DNA of 64,000 nt, taken from the NCBI GenBank assembly GCA_038087875.1, contig JAXLNO010000036.1, forward strand, positions 1-64,000, written 5' to 3'. Position 1 is the stretch's first letter. Each line of letters opens with the position of its first letter. Below the pieces are notes generated by a model. That model was not told the origin of the DNA and ran no database searches. It was given only the letters and a program-made list of their open reading frames with translations. This document shows positions 39,290-51,655 of the stretch, piece after piece. The translations under genes and the position numbers were made by a program. The stretch comes from Malacoraja senta. Its lineage: Eukaryota.

Positions 39290-40439
39290 GGGGTTAGCTG
39301 AGAAGTGTTCTGCAGCAAGAATGTTTGGAAATATCGGTGCCAATTCACCAGTAGTAAGAAACAGATAGGTAGTTGTTGAGCAATAAATGTTGAGCAGGAA
39401 CTGATTCTGGAATAATATTCAGGTGCGCCCACGAGCAACACCGGTGTTTGCCGACATGTACTTTGAAAAATTAGACCACACTCCATGCGTTTCATCCATA
39501 TCGGAGTTTTGATGAGATCATTAACTTGTGACATTACACATTTCCCCTTTCACCGACGATGTCTTCTGTCATCTGAGTATATCATGTTCTCCTTTTGTAT
39601 TTCAGCTGCCGGGGAATGACTACGCTCCGCAGTATATTATCAGCATGTTTATTGTGTTCTTACACCTGTCCCCACACTTCACCTTCTCTTCGCATTTGCC
39701 CAACAGTCCATTTGTGGTTAACAGTCATTCATCACCTTCCCCTTTACATCATCACCGTCTGTGTCTCGTTTACAATCTCAGTCAGCGTCATAGTGCGAAC
39801 ATTCCCGCTCTGATCAGAGTTATTTCTTATCTCACGTGTCATTTGGTCAGGTTAGATCTATTATTATCACATGTACCGAGCTGCAGTGGAAAGAGTGGTT
39901 TTGCATGCTATTCACTTGGTTCAAATATCCCAGACACAAAAGCAATCAATGTAAAGCCAAGTGCAATAGATCGGGTAAATGGGAAGATACAGAATGTAGA
40001 ATATAGTTCGTGATACAGAATATCATGCTGAATGTGGTTCTTTATTTCCACCCAACCCCGATTTGTCCGGGTATTTGGAACAATGAACAATCGTTGCTCA
40101 AGCCACATTGCATAATTCAGGTCTACCGTTCTCCTAGGAGTTGCACCTTTGCATTTGGAGGACAAGAGATCTGTACAAACACAAAACCATCATTGAACCT
40201 GATGTAAAATTCGTGTTCAACCGTGCCGGGGTGCATAGCTTGAAATGTTAATGATGCAATGCTTCTATTAACTATGAGTCTTTGTTTGTGAAGCTGTAAA
40301 CAATTAAGTTGCAAGGGGCATTAAGATTTAGGCTTCATGTTTAGGTTTATTATTGCCATGTGTATTGAGGCGCGTGATAAAGCAAAGGGGGAGATACAGG
40401 ACGCAGAACATAGTTGGCAGCATGATAGCGCATATGTTC

Positions 40440-41325
40440 CATGGACATATATCCACCAAGGTGTAGGGATGTTTTGAACAATACTCTGATAATGGAAGAG
40501 AAGAATCTATTCCTATGTGTAGTTGTGCGCTTTCGAGCGCTTGTACTTTCCACTGGACGGGAGAAGGGGTGGAAAGGAATGATCGTGTTGGGACACGGCT
40601 TTTATTATGGTTGTTGCTTTTGCGAGGCAGCGTGGTAGAGATGGAGTCTATTGTGCGAGGTCTGGTCTGTGTGATGGACTGTGCCTCATCTATAATATCT
40701 CTACAACTTCTAGCCGTCTTGGGCTGAACATTTCCCAAATTAAGCTGCGATGTATCGCGACACTATTGTTTCTATGGTCCATCCGTAGAGGTTTGTAGAA
40801 GTTCTGTCTGTCTCCACCGAACGTTGAGTTTGCCTTCTTGTCTACCTAATCTATGTGTTTGATGCTGGACTGATCGGTGGTAATAATAACAGCAAGCAAC
40901 TCGAAGCTCAACAATTTCCACTTCTGCACAATTGATGCTGATTTGGCGCGTGTACTTCACCATGACTTTCCATCTTGTTCACATCAGGGAAGTGGGTATT
41001 TTCAAGACACGATTCCAGTCAGTCCTCTCTCTCTCTCCTGCCTGTATTGCACATCATCATTTTTCTGATCCGACACACTACAGTGGTGTTGTCTGCGAGC
41101 ACGTTGACGGAGTTGGGGCCGTACTCGGCCTTGAGTCGCGAGTGTAAACGGAGAACATTAGGGAACTGAGAATGAATCCTTGTCGGGCAGCGGCGATGAG
41201 TGTTATTGTGAGGAAGTTGTTGTCACGTAACCTGACTGATTGAGGACTGTGGGCCAGAAAGTTATGGATCTCGTGGCAGAGGAAGGATGTGATTCCGAGA
41301 TCCCAGAGTTTGGAGATAACCGCCA
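40440..41325 (-). mobile_element. Degraded Rex1/Babar-like RT fragment
   Basis: ISKLWDLGI...HNFLAHSPQSVRL...AARQGFILSSLMFSVYTRD. Confidence 0.8.
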
Positions 41326-41433
41326 CCCCCCGCCCCCAGCAGACACAGATACACATGGCCTTATGCACAATGCCAAACTCGAGTTTGTTCCTACATTCAA
41401 TATCACAATTACCGGGGTGACCTTAATTTCCAC

Positions 41434-42634
41434 GTCTAGATCCATTAGTCTTCATTTCTTTAATGTCCACAAATATATTCGCTCCAACCCTGTTTGTACT
41501 TAATAAACGAGCATCGCTACTCTCTGGGATTGAGGGTACTGTGGGCTCAGATATATTTTCGAGAGTATTTTACACCTAACTCAGTAACTCCATGGTGAAA
41601 TGTTATTCTGAAACATTGATCCAAACGTCATGATTCACAAACCCGTTGTGTAATTCTTTCAACGTCTATCCTGTCAGAGCTTCGTAGAATTCTAACATGT
41701 AAAACAAATAATTTTGCATTGATCCAAGTATGTTCCTGGAGGTTCCTTGGCCTTTTATGTGGGCGAGGTGGGGAGGGGGGAGGGAGAAACCGTTTCCCTG
41801 TCACTTCTTGGTCAATTCTCCGAGCCGCATCTCCCACCCCTCCTCTCCTCGCGGCATATCATCTGGATTGGCGCGGCCTTTCCTGCCGTAGACCGGCCAG
41901 AGCTTCATCGGCGGCACAACACTGAATTACCATCGCGGAGCGGGGCGATACCTTACTGGGTATCGCCGTGTGGAGCTCCGGAGAATTGGGCCTGCTGATT
42001 AACACCGTGGAGCTGTGGTTTGCGGGGCTTCCACCGCGGGCTGCGCTGACTTTTATCCTCGCGGAGTCTGGGCTCCTTGCCGGGGATCGCCAGCGTTGGA
42101 TCTCCGCCCAGCTCGGCCTGTAGACTTCGGGAGCCGCCGTCTCCGGTAGGAATTGGCCGATTTGGAAACTCCAAGCCGCTGAAAGTGGTCTTCCGTTCCG
42201 ACGCCGGTGCTCCGATCATCCCGGCGAGATGGCCCGAAACATCAGGCCGCCGTAGCGGCGACTTCGGGGCCGACTACCGGTGAACAAAGAGGAAGGGGAC
42301 TGAACTTGATTTCCTTCCCTCACAGTGGGAAACGTTGATTCTGCTGTGTGGGGATGTTCATGTTAAATTCTATCGTGTATTGTGTTTTTTTTATTCGTAT
42401 GGCTGTATGGTAATTCAAATCTCACTGTACCAATTGGTGCTTGTGACAATAAATGTCTCTTCAACTCTCTGTAAACCGCAGATTAAAGAATCTTATTAAT
42501 TAGAGTAATAAAAGTGACAAGTGTGTAAACGTGCCCACACCGGTCAACATGTCGTAGCTACACTAATCGATTGTTGGTCCTTTGACAACCAATTCATCCG
42601 AGGGATAAATCTGGACTTCTATCTCGGCATCTAG
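41434..42634 (-). pseudogene. Module M split by insertions (41434-41726 and ~42470-42634)
   Basis: DAEIEVQIYPSDELVVKGPTID and EFYEALTG*TLKELHNG...INVSE...LENISEPTVP...LLSTNRVGANIFVD. Confidence 0.5.
41727..42470 (+). mobile_element. CpG-rich retroposon-like insert
   Basis: Shares 5' TATGTGGG...GGGAGAAACCG and 3' CCTTCCCTCACAGTGGG...CTGTG..GGGATGTT and GACAATAAA with 3519-4400. Confidence 0.65.
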
Positions 42635-42964
42635 TCGATGATACTGTAAGTGGCGTATTCCCTAAATTAGATAGTTCGAAGGCATCATACTCTGCTGACC
42701 AAGTGCTAGTAAATGGGATTTAGTAATTGGATACTATTGATATAGACCGTTGTTGGGCCTGCTTCTCTGCTCTGTGACTCTGTGACACACGACCCAGTCT
42801 TGCACAATTCTCCACATGTGGTATCACCGTTACTAGTTATGGCAGGGGTTCGCTACTTTTCCCTTGAATGGGTCGAGTTATAATGAGAGATACGGACATT
42901 ATTCCTTCGAGTGCCGGAGGATGAGTGATGGTCTTATGATTATGTATAAAATCATGAGGAAAAT

Positions 42965-43217
42965 ATTCGGCTTGGGCAGTTTGCACCCTAGCGGCATAAA
43001 CATTGACTTATGCAATTTCCGGTAGCCCTTGCTGTCTCCTCCCCTTCTCAGCTCTTCCTCAGCACTTGGGCTCCTCCTCTTCCTTTCTCCTTTCTTCTCC
43101 CCGCCCCCACCCTACATCAGTCTGAAGTAGGGGTTCGGCATGAAACGTTGCCTATTTCCTTCGCTCCATAGATGCTGCTGCACCCGCTGAGTTTCTCCAG
43201 CACTTTTGTGTACCATA
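42965..43217 (+). mobile_element. Penelope-like 3' end fragment
   Basis: IFGLGSLHPSGINID then a terminal region homologous to 47725-47960; absent from paralogs. Confidence 0.75.
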
Positions 43218-44084
43218 GATAAGGTAAATGCACTTTTACCTAGGGAATCAAAAACCATCATAGATATCGATAACGTCTGTTTCACATGGACAATCTTAGA
43301 AGCCATCATTCCCGCTCTGATCATGAATGTCGCTTTTCTCAGATGATTAGCATTGGTAAGGCTAGGCAAATGTTTACTAGTGTGATATGTACCGAGGAAT
43401 AGTGAAAAGCTTTGTTTTGCATCCTATCCACTCAGATCGGATAGCTCGTGCAGAGGAGCAAACAGTTCAAATTCAGATACATCAGATAGACCAATGGGAA
43501 TGTACAGAATACAGAATATTGTTCGTGATGTTATGCTCAATATTGCCTTTTATTTCAATGAATCCCAGAATTGTCCGTGTGTTTGTAAGGATGAATATCA
43601 TTTGCTCAGCCCACATTGCATAATTCCGTCCTCCGTAGAACTGGTCATGTGCAGTTGGTGAATTCGAGCTGTAAAAACTCAAAGTCAGTACAATGTGCAA
43701 AACATATCATTTGACTGTGCCGAGGTCCACAGCTGGAACGATGTATGATGCGTTGCTTCTGTGAGCCATGAGACATTCCGCTGGGTTCGTGGTGTTGTGA
43801 ACAATAAAGATGCGAAGGGCATTAGGTTTTAGCCACGTTTATTCTTATCACATGTATCAAGGTACAGTCTAAAACTTGGTTGTGCCTGCTGTCCAAACTG
43901 ATCAGCTATAGCATATACAGATTCAATCAGTTCAAACACGAGGACACAGAGAGGTGAGTCTTTGTATAAACAAAGACGGTGGTCAGTATGTGTCTATGGC
44001 TATGTAAATAGATAAAGCAAAGTGAACGATACAGAGTGCAGAACACAGTTTTCACCATTGTATCGCATCGTTGTTCATCAGTTT

Positions 44085-45057
44085 GTGAGACAACGCCCAA
44101 TGCCACAATGGGTTAGAGGCTGTTGTGAGACAATGCCCAATGCCACAATGGGTTAGAGGCTGTTGTGAGACAACGCCCAATGCCACAACGGGTTAGAGGC
44201 TGTTGTGAGACAATGCCCAATGCCACAATGGGTTAGAGGCTGTTGTGAGACAACGCCCAATGCCACAACGGGTTAGAGGCTGTTGTGAGACAACGCCCAA
44301 TGCCACAATGGGTTGGAGGCTGTTGTGAGACAATGCCCAATGCCACAATGGGTTAGAGGCTGTTGTGAGACAAGGCCCAATGCCACAATGGGGTAGAGGC
44401 TGTTGTGAGACAAGGCCCAATGCCACAATGGGTTAGAGGCTGTTGTGAGACAACGCCCACAATGGGTTAGAGGCTGTTGTGAGACAAGGCCCAATGCCAC
44501 AATGGGTTAGAGGCTGTTGTGAGACAATCCCCAATGCCACAATGGGTTAGAGGCTGTTGTGAGACAAGGCCCATTGCCACAATGGGATAGAGGCTGTTGT
44601 GAGACAAGGCCCAATGCCACAATGGGTTAGAGGCTGTTGTGAGACAACGCCCACAATGGGTTAGAGGCTGTTGTGAGACAACGCCCAATGCCACAATGGG
44701 TTAGAGTCTGTTGTGGGACAATGCCCAATGCCACAATGGGTTAGAGGCTGTTGTGAGACAATGCCCAATGCCACAATGGGTTAGAAGCTGTTGTGGGACA
44801 ACGCCCAATGCCACAATGGGTTAGAGGCTGTTGTGGGACAACGCCCAATGCCACAATGGGTTAGAGGCTGTTGTGGGACAACGCCCAATGCCACAATGGG
44901 TTAGAGGCTGTTGTGGGACAACGCCCAATGCCACAATGGGTTAGAGGCTGTTGTGAGACAATGCCCAATGCCACAATGGGTTAGAGGCTGTTGTGAGACA
45001 ACGCCCAATGCCACAATGGGTTAGAGGCTGTTGTGAGACAAAGCCCAATGCCACAAT
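44085..45057 (+). repeat. 40-bp minisatellite, ~24-25 copies
   Basis: Head-to-tail 40-mers with two 34-bp deletion variants. Confidence 0.95.
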
Positions 45058-45252
45058 GTGCCCGTCGGAAACCAGCACAACTGCGTAGCTAATGTTTTCT
45101 AGGATGATGAATGAATGAAGTTAGAGGCAAATTGAACAGAACCCCAACTATGGAGGTAATGTTCAGAGGCCTGATAACGGAGGATAATAATCTATCCGTA
45201 TGTCCCGTGGTGCGCAGTTTCAGAACTGAGCTCGGATTCAATAATTTCATAT

Positions 45253-45634
45253 CTGATTACATTACTCTTCATTTCCCCATCGTCAAAAAAAACGTGTTCG
45301 CCCAGCCAGATTTGTACTTGATAAATGAGCATCATTATTTTCTGGGTAGGAGGTACAGTGTATTCAGATATGTTTGCCAGGATAAATTCCATCTTATCCC
45401 AGTCACTCAAATCGTATTCTGAAACATTTATCCTAACTAGATTATCCAGGGACCCTTTGTGTATTTATGTGAATATCCATCCTGTCAAGGCCTCTCAGAA
45501 GCCGACATTTAATGTGTCAATAAAAGTACTTGTCGTTGTTCCAAACTGAACAGAGTAGAAGACTGATAAACTGTTGGTCCTTTGACGGGCATTTTTTCCG
45601 AGGGATAAATCCCTACTTCAGTCTCTGCACCGAG
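45253..45634 (-). pseudogene. Decayed exon-like module M
   Basis: LGAETEVGIYPSEKMPVKGPTVYQ...LANISEYTVP; both splice sites mutated. Confidence 0.5.
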
Positions 45635-45699
45635 CGGAAGATGCGCATCGTGTTCCCTGAAATATATAACGACAAAGCATAACAGTCTGCGGCCAAGGG

Positions 45700-46687
45700 G
45701 AAAGGGGTAACTACAGAGAGAGTGGGACCTCTCATGAATCAAAGCGGTCACCCCTGTGTGGAGCCAAAGGAGATGGACAAGATCCTCAATGAGTATCTCT
45801 CCTCTGTATTTATCGAGGAGAAAAACGGAGATAAAAATGTGTCGATGTCGGAGGACCTTGGGACAGTCAATGGGTGTGTTTTGAGAGCTGTCAGTGTTAC
45901 CGTCGAAGAAGTATAGAAGGTTCTATCGTGTATCAAGATAGACAAATCTCCTGGGCTTGATCAGACATATCCGAGGACATTGTACGAAACTAGAGTGGGA
46001 ATAGCGGGAGCCCAGGTTGAAATTCACGAGCCAATAGACAATAGACAATGGGTGCGGGAGAAGGCCATTCGCCCCGTCGAGCCAGCACCGCCGTTCACTG
46101 TGATCATGGCTAATCATTCACATTCAGTACCCGTTTCTGCCTTCTTCCCATATCTCTTGACTCTGCTATGTTTAAGAGCTCTATCTAACTCTCTCTTGAA
46201 AGCATCCAGAGTATTGGCCTCCACTGCCTTCTGAGGCAGAGAATTCCACAGATTCGCAACTCTCCGGGTGAAATAGTGTTTCCTCATCTCCGTTCTAAAT
46301 GGCCTACCCCTTATTCTTAAACTGTGACCCCTGGTTCTGGACTCCCCCAAAATCGGGTACACGTTTTTTGCCTCTATCGTGTCCAATCCTTTAATAATCT
46401 TACACGTTTCAAATAAGATCCCCTCTCATCCTTCTAAATTTCAGTGTATACAAACCCAGTCGCTCTATTCTTTCAACATATGAGAGTCCTACCATCCAGG
46501 GAATTAACCTGGTGAACCTACGCTGCACTCCCTCAATAGCAATAACGTCCTTTCTCAAAATTGGAGACCAAAACTACACACAATACTCCAGGAGTTGTCT
46601 CACCAGGGCCCTGCCCAATTGTAGAAGGACCTCTTTGTTCCTATACTCAACTCCTCTTGTTATGAAGGCCAACATGCCATTAGCTTT
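45700..46687. mobile_element. CR1 internal fragment (+, 45700-46030) and CR1 3' fragment (-, 46035-46687)
   Basis: Paralogs of 11245-12191. Confidence 0.85.
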
Positions 46688-47724
46688 TGTGACAATATCC
46701 ATGTAATTTATGCATATGAGCAGTACATAGTCTCGCACATGCTCAGCCTCGCGCATATTATTATGCAAATCAGTCAGTGACCTTTAACTTGGAAATAAAT
46801 CATTCTTGCTTTTGATCCCAACACGAGTGTGTGTGGAGCCATCTTTGCCCTTCTAATATGTGCTAGTTTTACCTACGCCGTAAGCAGACACATATCAAAA
46901 CATGGTTGCAGCGGTGAAAGTGAGGATTTTTGGATAAAATGGACGCTATGATGATTATGATTTTTCAAGGGTGATGACACACATTCTTGAGGGAATTGAA
47001 GGTGTGGTGTGTTACTTGGATGACATCCTCATCTCAGCCCCTGACAGGCAGACACATGATGAAAGGTTGGAAGATGTACTCAAACGACTTGAAACACACA
47101 GTGTAAGAGTGAAGGCACAGAAGTGTGAGTTCTTTCAGAACTCGGCAGAGTACTTGGGTCATAAGATAGACAAGAATGATCTACACCCCACCAAGGGTAA
47201 CGTTGATGCGATCAAGAACGCGCCCACTCCCAGAAACATATCTGAGATCCGATCCTTTTTAGGATTAGTGCATTATTATGGGAAGTTGGTGCCAAATCTG
47301 TTCACCTGTTTACATCCCTTGAACGAGCTTTTGTGAAAAGATGTACCATGGAAGTGGACACGTGAATGTGATCAAGCTTTCAAGTCATGTAAAGCTCAGT
47401 TGGCAGAGAGTACAATGCTTGTTCATAAATAAGCCAATGAAGTTAGCATGTTATGCTCCACCATACGGTGTTGGGGCTGTGATCTCTCATGTGCTAGATA
47501 ATGGATGGGAGAGGCCAATAGCATTTGCATCTAGAACACCCAATGTCAGTGTGATAAATTGTGCGCAAATACAGCGAGAGGTTCTTGCTTTCATTTTGTC
47601 GTTAGGAGGTTTCACAAATATTTGTATTGTAGAGGGTTTCTAATCGAGACAGGTCACCAGCCGTTGATAGTGATCCCAAATACAAAAGCACACATACCAA
47701 CTCTGGCAGCAGTCAGAATGCAAA

Positions 47725-48221
47725 TTGTTTTAGAGGGAACTGCAGATGCTGGAAAATCGAAGGTACACAAAAATGCTGGAGAAACTCATGGGATGCAGCA
47801 TCATCTATGGAGCGAAGGAAATAGGCAACGTTTCGGGCCGAACCCTTCTTCAGACTGATGGGGGGTGGGGGGAGAAGAAAGGAAAAAGGAGGAGGAGGAG
47901 CCCGGGGGCTGAGGGAGAGGTAGGGGGGTGGAGGAGACTGCAAGGGTTAACTGAATTGTGAGAATTCAATGTTCATGCCAAGAGGATACAGACTACCCAA
48001 GCGGAATATGAGGTGCTGTTCCTCCAATTTCCGGTGTTGCTCACTCTGGCCATGGAGGAGGCCCAGGACACAGAGGTCGGATTCGGAATGGGAGGGGGAG
48101 TTGAAATGCTGAGCCACCGGGAGTTCAGGTTGGTTAATGCGGGCCGAGCGGAGGTGTTATGCGAAACGATCGCCAAGCATACGCTTGGTCTCACCGATAT
48201 AGATCAGCTGACATCTAGAGC
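47725..48221 (-). mobile_element. Penelope-like GIY-YIG endonuclease 3' fragment nested in Gypsy RNase H
   Basis: LIYIGETKRMLGDRF...VAQHFN...EQHLIFRLGSL; flanking duplication CAGAATGCAAA at 47714-47724 and 48222-48232. Confidence 0.9.
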
Positions 48222-49399
48222 CAGAATGCAAAGATGGGCATTGATATTGTCTGCATACCAGTATGATATTCAGTATCGCAAGGCAGCAGAGCACACCAAT
48301 GCTGATGCCATGTCTATATTACCTTTGGAATCAGAGGTTTCCCCAAACAGAGAGGACTTGTTTTATTTCTCTCATGTAGACGAGTTACCTGTCACTTCAG
48401 GGGACATTCGGAAGGCTACTCGCACTGATATACATTTGTCAAGAGTGCTGCAAATTGTCGCAAATGGATGGCCAAACAAATTGCCGGATTCAGAGGCATA
48501 ACTGAAAATATTATTTGTACGTAGGAATGAAGTCTCAGTCGACCAAGATTGTGCCATGTGGGGAGCGAGAATTGTAATCCCTGAAAAAATGGAATAAAAT
48601 TGTTAGGAGATCTTCATGATCAGAATTTGGGAATGTGTCTAACAAAGAGTCTAGCTAGAAACCATCTATGGTGGCCTGGTGTAGATAAGGACATAAAACA
48701 AACTGTGAAAGGGTGTAGCACATGTCAAGTAGTTGGAAAGAATCCACCAACAGTACCGCTACAGCCATGGAAATGTCCGGTTAGAGGGTGGCAAAGATTA
48801 CTCGTGGACTTTGCAGAGTTAGATGGACAACAATTGTTCATTATGATTGATAGTCACTCCAAGTGTGTTGAGGTATTTCCGATGAACAAAACGACATCCA
48901 GCAAAACAATAGACATTTTGCGAGGATTGTTTGCGTCCTATGGATTTCCAGAGGAAATTGTGTCTGCTAACGGACCTCAATTCTGTTCACAAGAGTTTGC
49001 ACAATTCATGAAATGGAATGGTGTAAAGCACACTAGAGTCATTCCATACCATTCCGCTTCAAATGGAGCAGCAGAACGCACAGTGCAAATTGTAAAACGT
49101 AATTTAGTCAAACAACTGCTGGATCCAAATCCAAAGAAAAAACAGTTCTCTGTCTCACAAACTGGCTAACTTTCTGATTACATATCGAAACACACCTCAC
49201 ACCACTACTGATCAAACGCCAGCTGAACTGTTCTTGAAGAGAAAACCAAGAACAAGGTTTTCACTGCTGAAACCAAACTTGGCTCAAACAGTAGAAAAGA
49301 AACAGGAAAAAAAGCATATCATGACAGAAGTACATAAAGGATAGGAGTGTTGAGTGGAATCAGACGCTAAATGTGTAAAACATCATCACAAGTGGGTAC

Positions 49400-50292
49400 T
49401 CCTAGGACATCCGGTGGTGCCCTAGCACATCCGGTCGCGCTGTTACTAGCTGCCTCCTCCGCCGTCTGGTTGTCTTTTTTATTTTGTTATATTTAGAGTG
49501 CGTTTTTGTAGGATTTTTTCAATACGTTATGTGGGGGGAAGCGGGTAGGGTAAGGGGGGAACCGTCCTTCAGTCGCTTCCTGGCGAGGATGCGGCTATTA
49601 TCCGAGTCGCGACCTCGCCCCCCCCCCACAATCCCACCTCCGCTCGCGGCCTACCAACTGGGACCGGACCAGAGCTTCAGCAGCTGCGGCGCTGCGCTCG
49701 ATACATCGCGGAGCGGGCGAAGCCTTACCTGGGATCGCCGCTTGGAGCTCCGGAGTGTTGGGCCGCTGCTACAGTATCGCGGAGCTGTGGGTGCGGAGCT
49801 CCTAACGCGGGCGGAACTGACTTTAACATCGCAAAGTCCTGGGACTATTTGACGGGGGTCGCCAGCGCGAATCTCCGCCCAGCGCGGCCTGTGGACATCG
49901 GGAGCCGCGGACTCCGGTGGAAGGTGGAAGGTGGCCGATTCAGAGGTCCAGGCCGCTGAGGATGTTCTCCCGTTCGACGTCGGGGTTCCATCGTTCCCGG
50001 CGAGAGGGCCTGAACATCGGGCCGCCCGTGGCGGCGACTGCGGGTGCTCGGGAGCACCCGACCACGGGTGAACATTTGGGAACATCAGCGAGGAGGTTGA
50101 CTGGACATTGGTTCCTTCCCTCACAGTGGGGAACTTTGGTGCCGCTGTGGGGATGTTTGAGTTGTGGACTACTGTGTTCGGTGCTTTTGTGTTTTAAAAA
50201 AAATATATTTTTTGTATTACTGTGTGGGAAGAGAATTTCGTTGTCTCTTAATTGAAGACAATTGAAGATAAATTAAATCAAATCAAATCTAA
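49400..50292 (+). mobile_element. CpG-rich retroposon-like insert (paralog of 3519-4400)
   Basis: Same sequence and site. Confidence 0.75.
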
Positions 50293-51048
50293 ATAGGTTA
50301 CCTGGAAGAGTAGTGAGAAAGTGCAGACCACGATGGTCAAGATGTTTGGAAGTGGGAAGGTGAGAAAAGTACACATTGACCATGTCATGCCTATGCAAGC
50401 ACAGACAGGTTTGCAACCAGATCAATTAGACGAGTCAGATAATTTGGTTACCACTCAAGTACAGGTACCAACGGATGAACCAGAAATGGTACATGAAGGT
50501 ACACAAGATAGTGAGAGCTTGAACCAGCCTGAAAATGGAGGTTCAAGTGTGGTTGACAGTCTACAAAATTGACTGATGGACTGGAATCTATGAATGTAGG
50601 TTAAAAGGAAGACTTGACTCGATCAAAAATGAGTCCAAGTGGTTCTAAATAGTAAGAAACTTTTGGTCAGAGACGATATCCAGACACAAGGATAAATCCG
50701 TCGGTTAGGTTTAATTTGTGAAGTTTAATTTGGGAAATGCACAGATCATTGCATATGCAACATATATGCCTGATCCCCTCATTTTATTCAGGTTATATAA
50801 AAGTAAACTAATATAAAAGATTGTAATATATTCATACCGTTTTTATTATATTCAAAAATGTCAACAATGTATATTAAAAAATGTCAGCAATGCGATAACG
50901 TTTTCATTAAGGTGGGAGGAGTTATAATAGCGCCACCTTTAGTTGGAGCATTGTATATGATTGAATAAACCACGGTGCAGCTGTGCAGTCATGTTCCGGT
51001 CACCAGTGAGTTAACTTGTTAATCTGCGTCTGAGCTCAAGATATCTCA

Positions 51049-51655
51049 GATGGGAGTCAGGGGGTTTGTAGTAGATATTGGTCAGTAGTCGGTTACCTGC
51101 GATGGAGATAGTGAGGACAAGAAACGGTGGGGAGATATTGGAAATGGTCCAGGTGAATTTGAGTGCCGGATGGAAGTTAGTGGTGAAATGGATGAAGTCA
51201 GTGAGTTCTACATGGGTGCAGGAGGCAGCACCGTTGCAGTTGTCGATGTAGCGGAGGTAGGCTAAGGGGATAGGGCCACGGTATCGCCTCGAACAATGAT
51301 ATGGGCCCAGGCGCGAGCCAATAGCTACGCCTTGGATTTGGAGGAAATGGGAGGAGTCAAAGGAAAAGTTGTTGAGGGTAAGGACCAGCTCATCTAGGCG
51401 GGGGGTTATCAGTAGACATGGATTGGTTGGTTCTGTGGCTTTAAGACCCTCCTGGTCGGGGATGGAGGTGTAGCGTGACTGGACATCCATGGTGAAGATG
51501 AGGGAATGGGGGTCGGGAAAACGGAAGCCATGAAGAGCGTGTGAGGTGTCTGGGACATAGGTAGGGAGAGATTTGACCAGGGGGATAGGATGGAGTCGAT
51601 GTATATGGAAATAAGTTTGGTGGTACAAGGGTCGAGGTATGTGGGAATTAAGGAT
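51049..51655 (-). mobile_element. Penelope-like RT fragment
   Basis: ORF 51011-51628: FTMDVQSRYTSIP, QGVAIGS, YLRYIDN. Confidence 0.9.

Larger units (their letters stand above)
46688..51048 (+). mobile_element. Composite Gypsy: LTR-A and PBS joined to family B pol (RT, RNase H, integrase), PPT and LTR-B
   Basis: VVCYLDDILI, YLGHKID, RSFLGLVHYY, ERPIAFASR, HTNADAMS, H..H.WWPG..C..C, integrase core; many stops and frameshifts. Confidence 0.92.

Noticed and set aside
44085..45057. 40-bp arrays as CRISPR
   Set aside because: Units are head-to-tail with no unique spacers, there are no cas genes, and the context is vertebrate retroelements.
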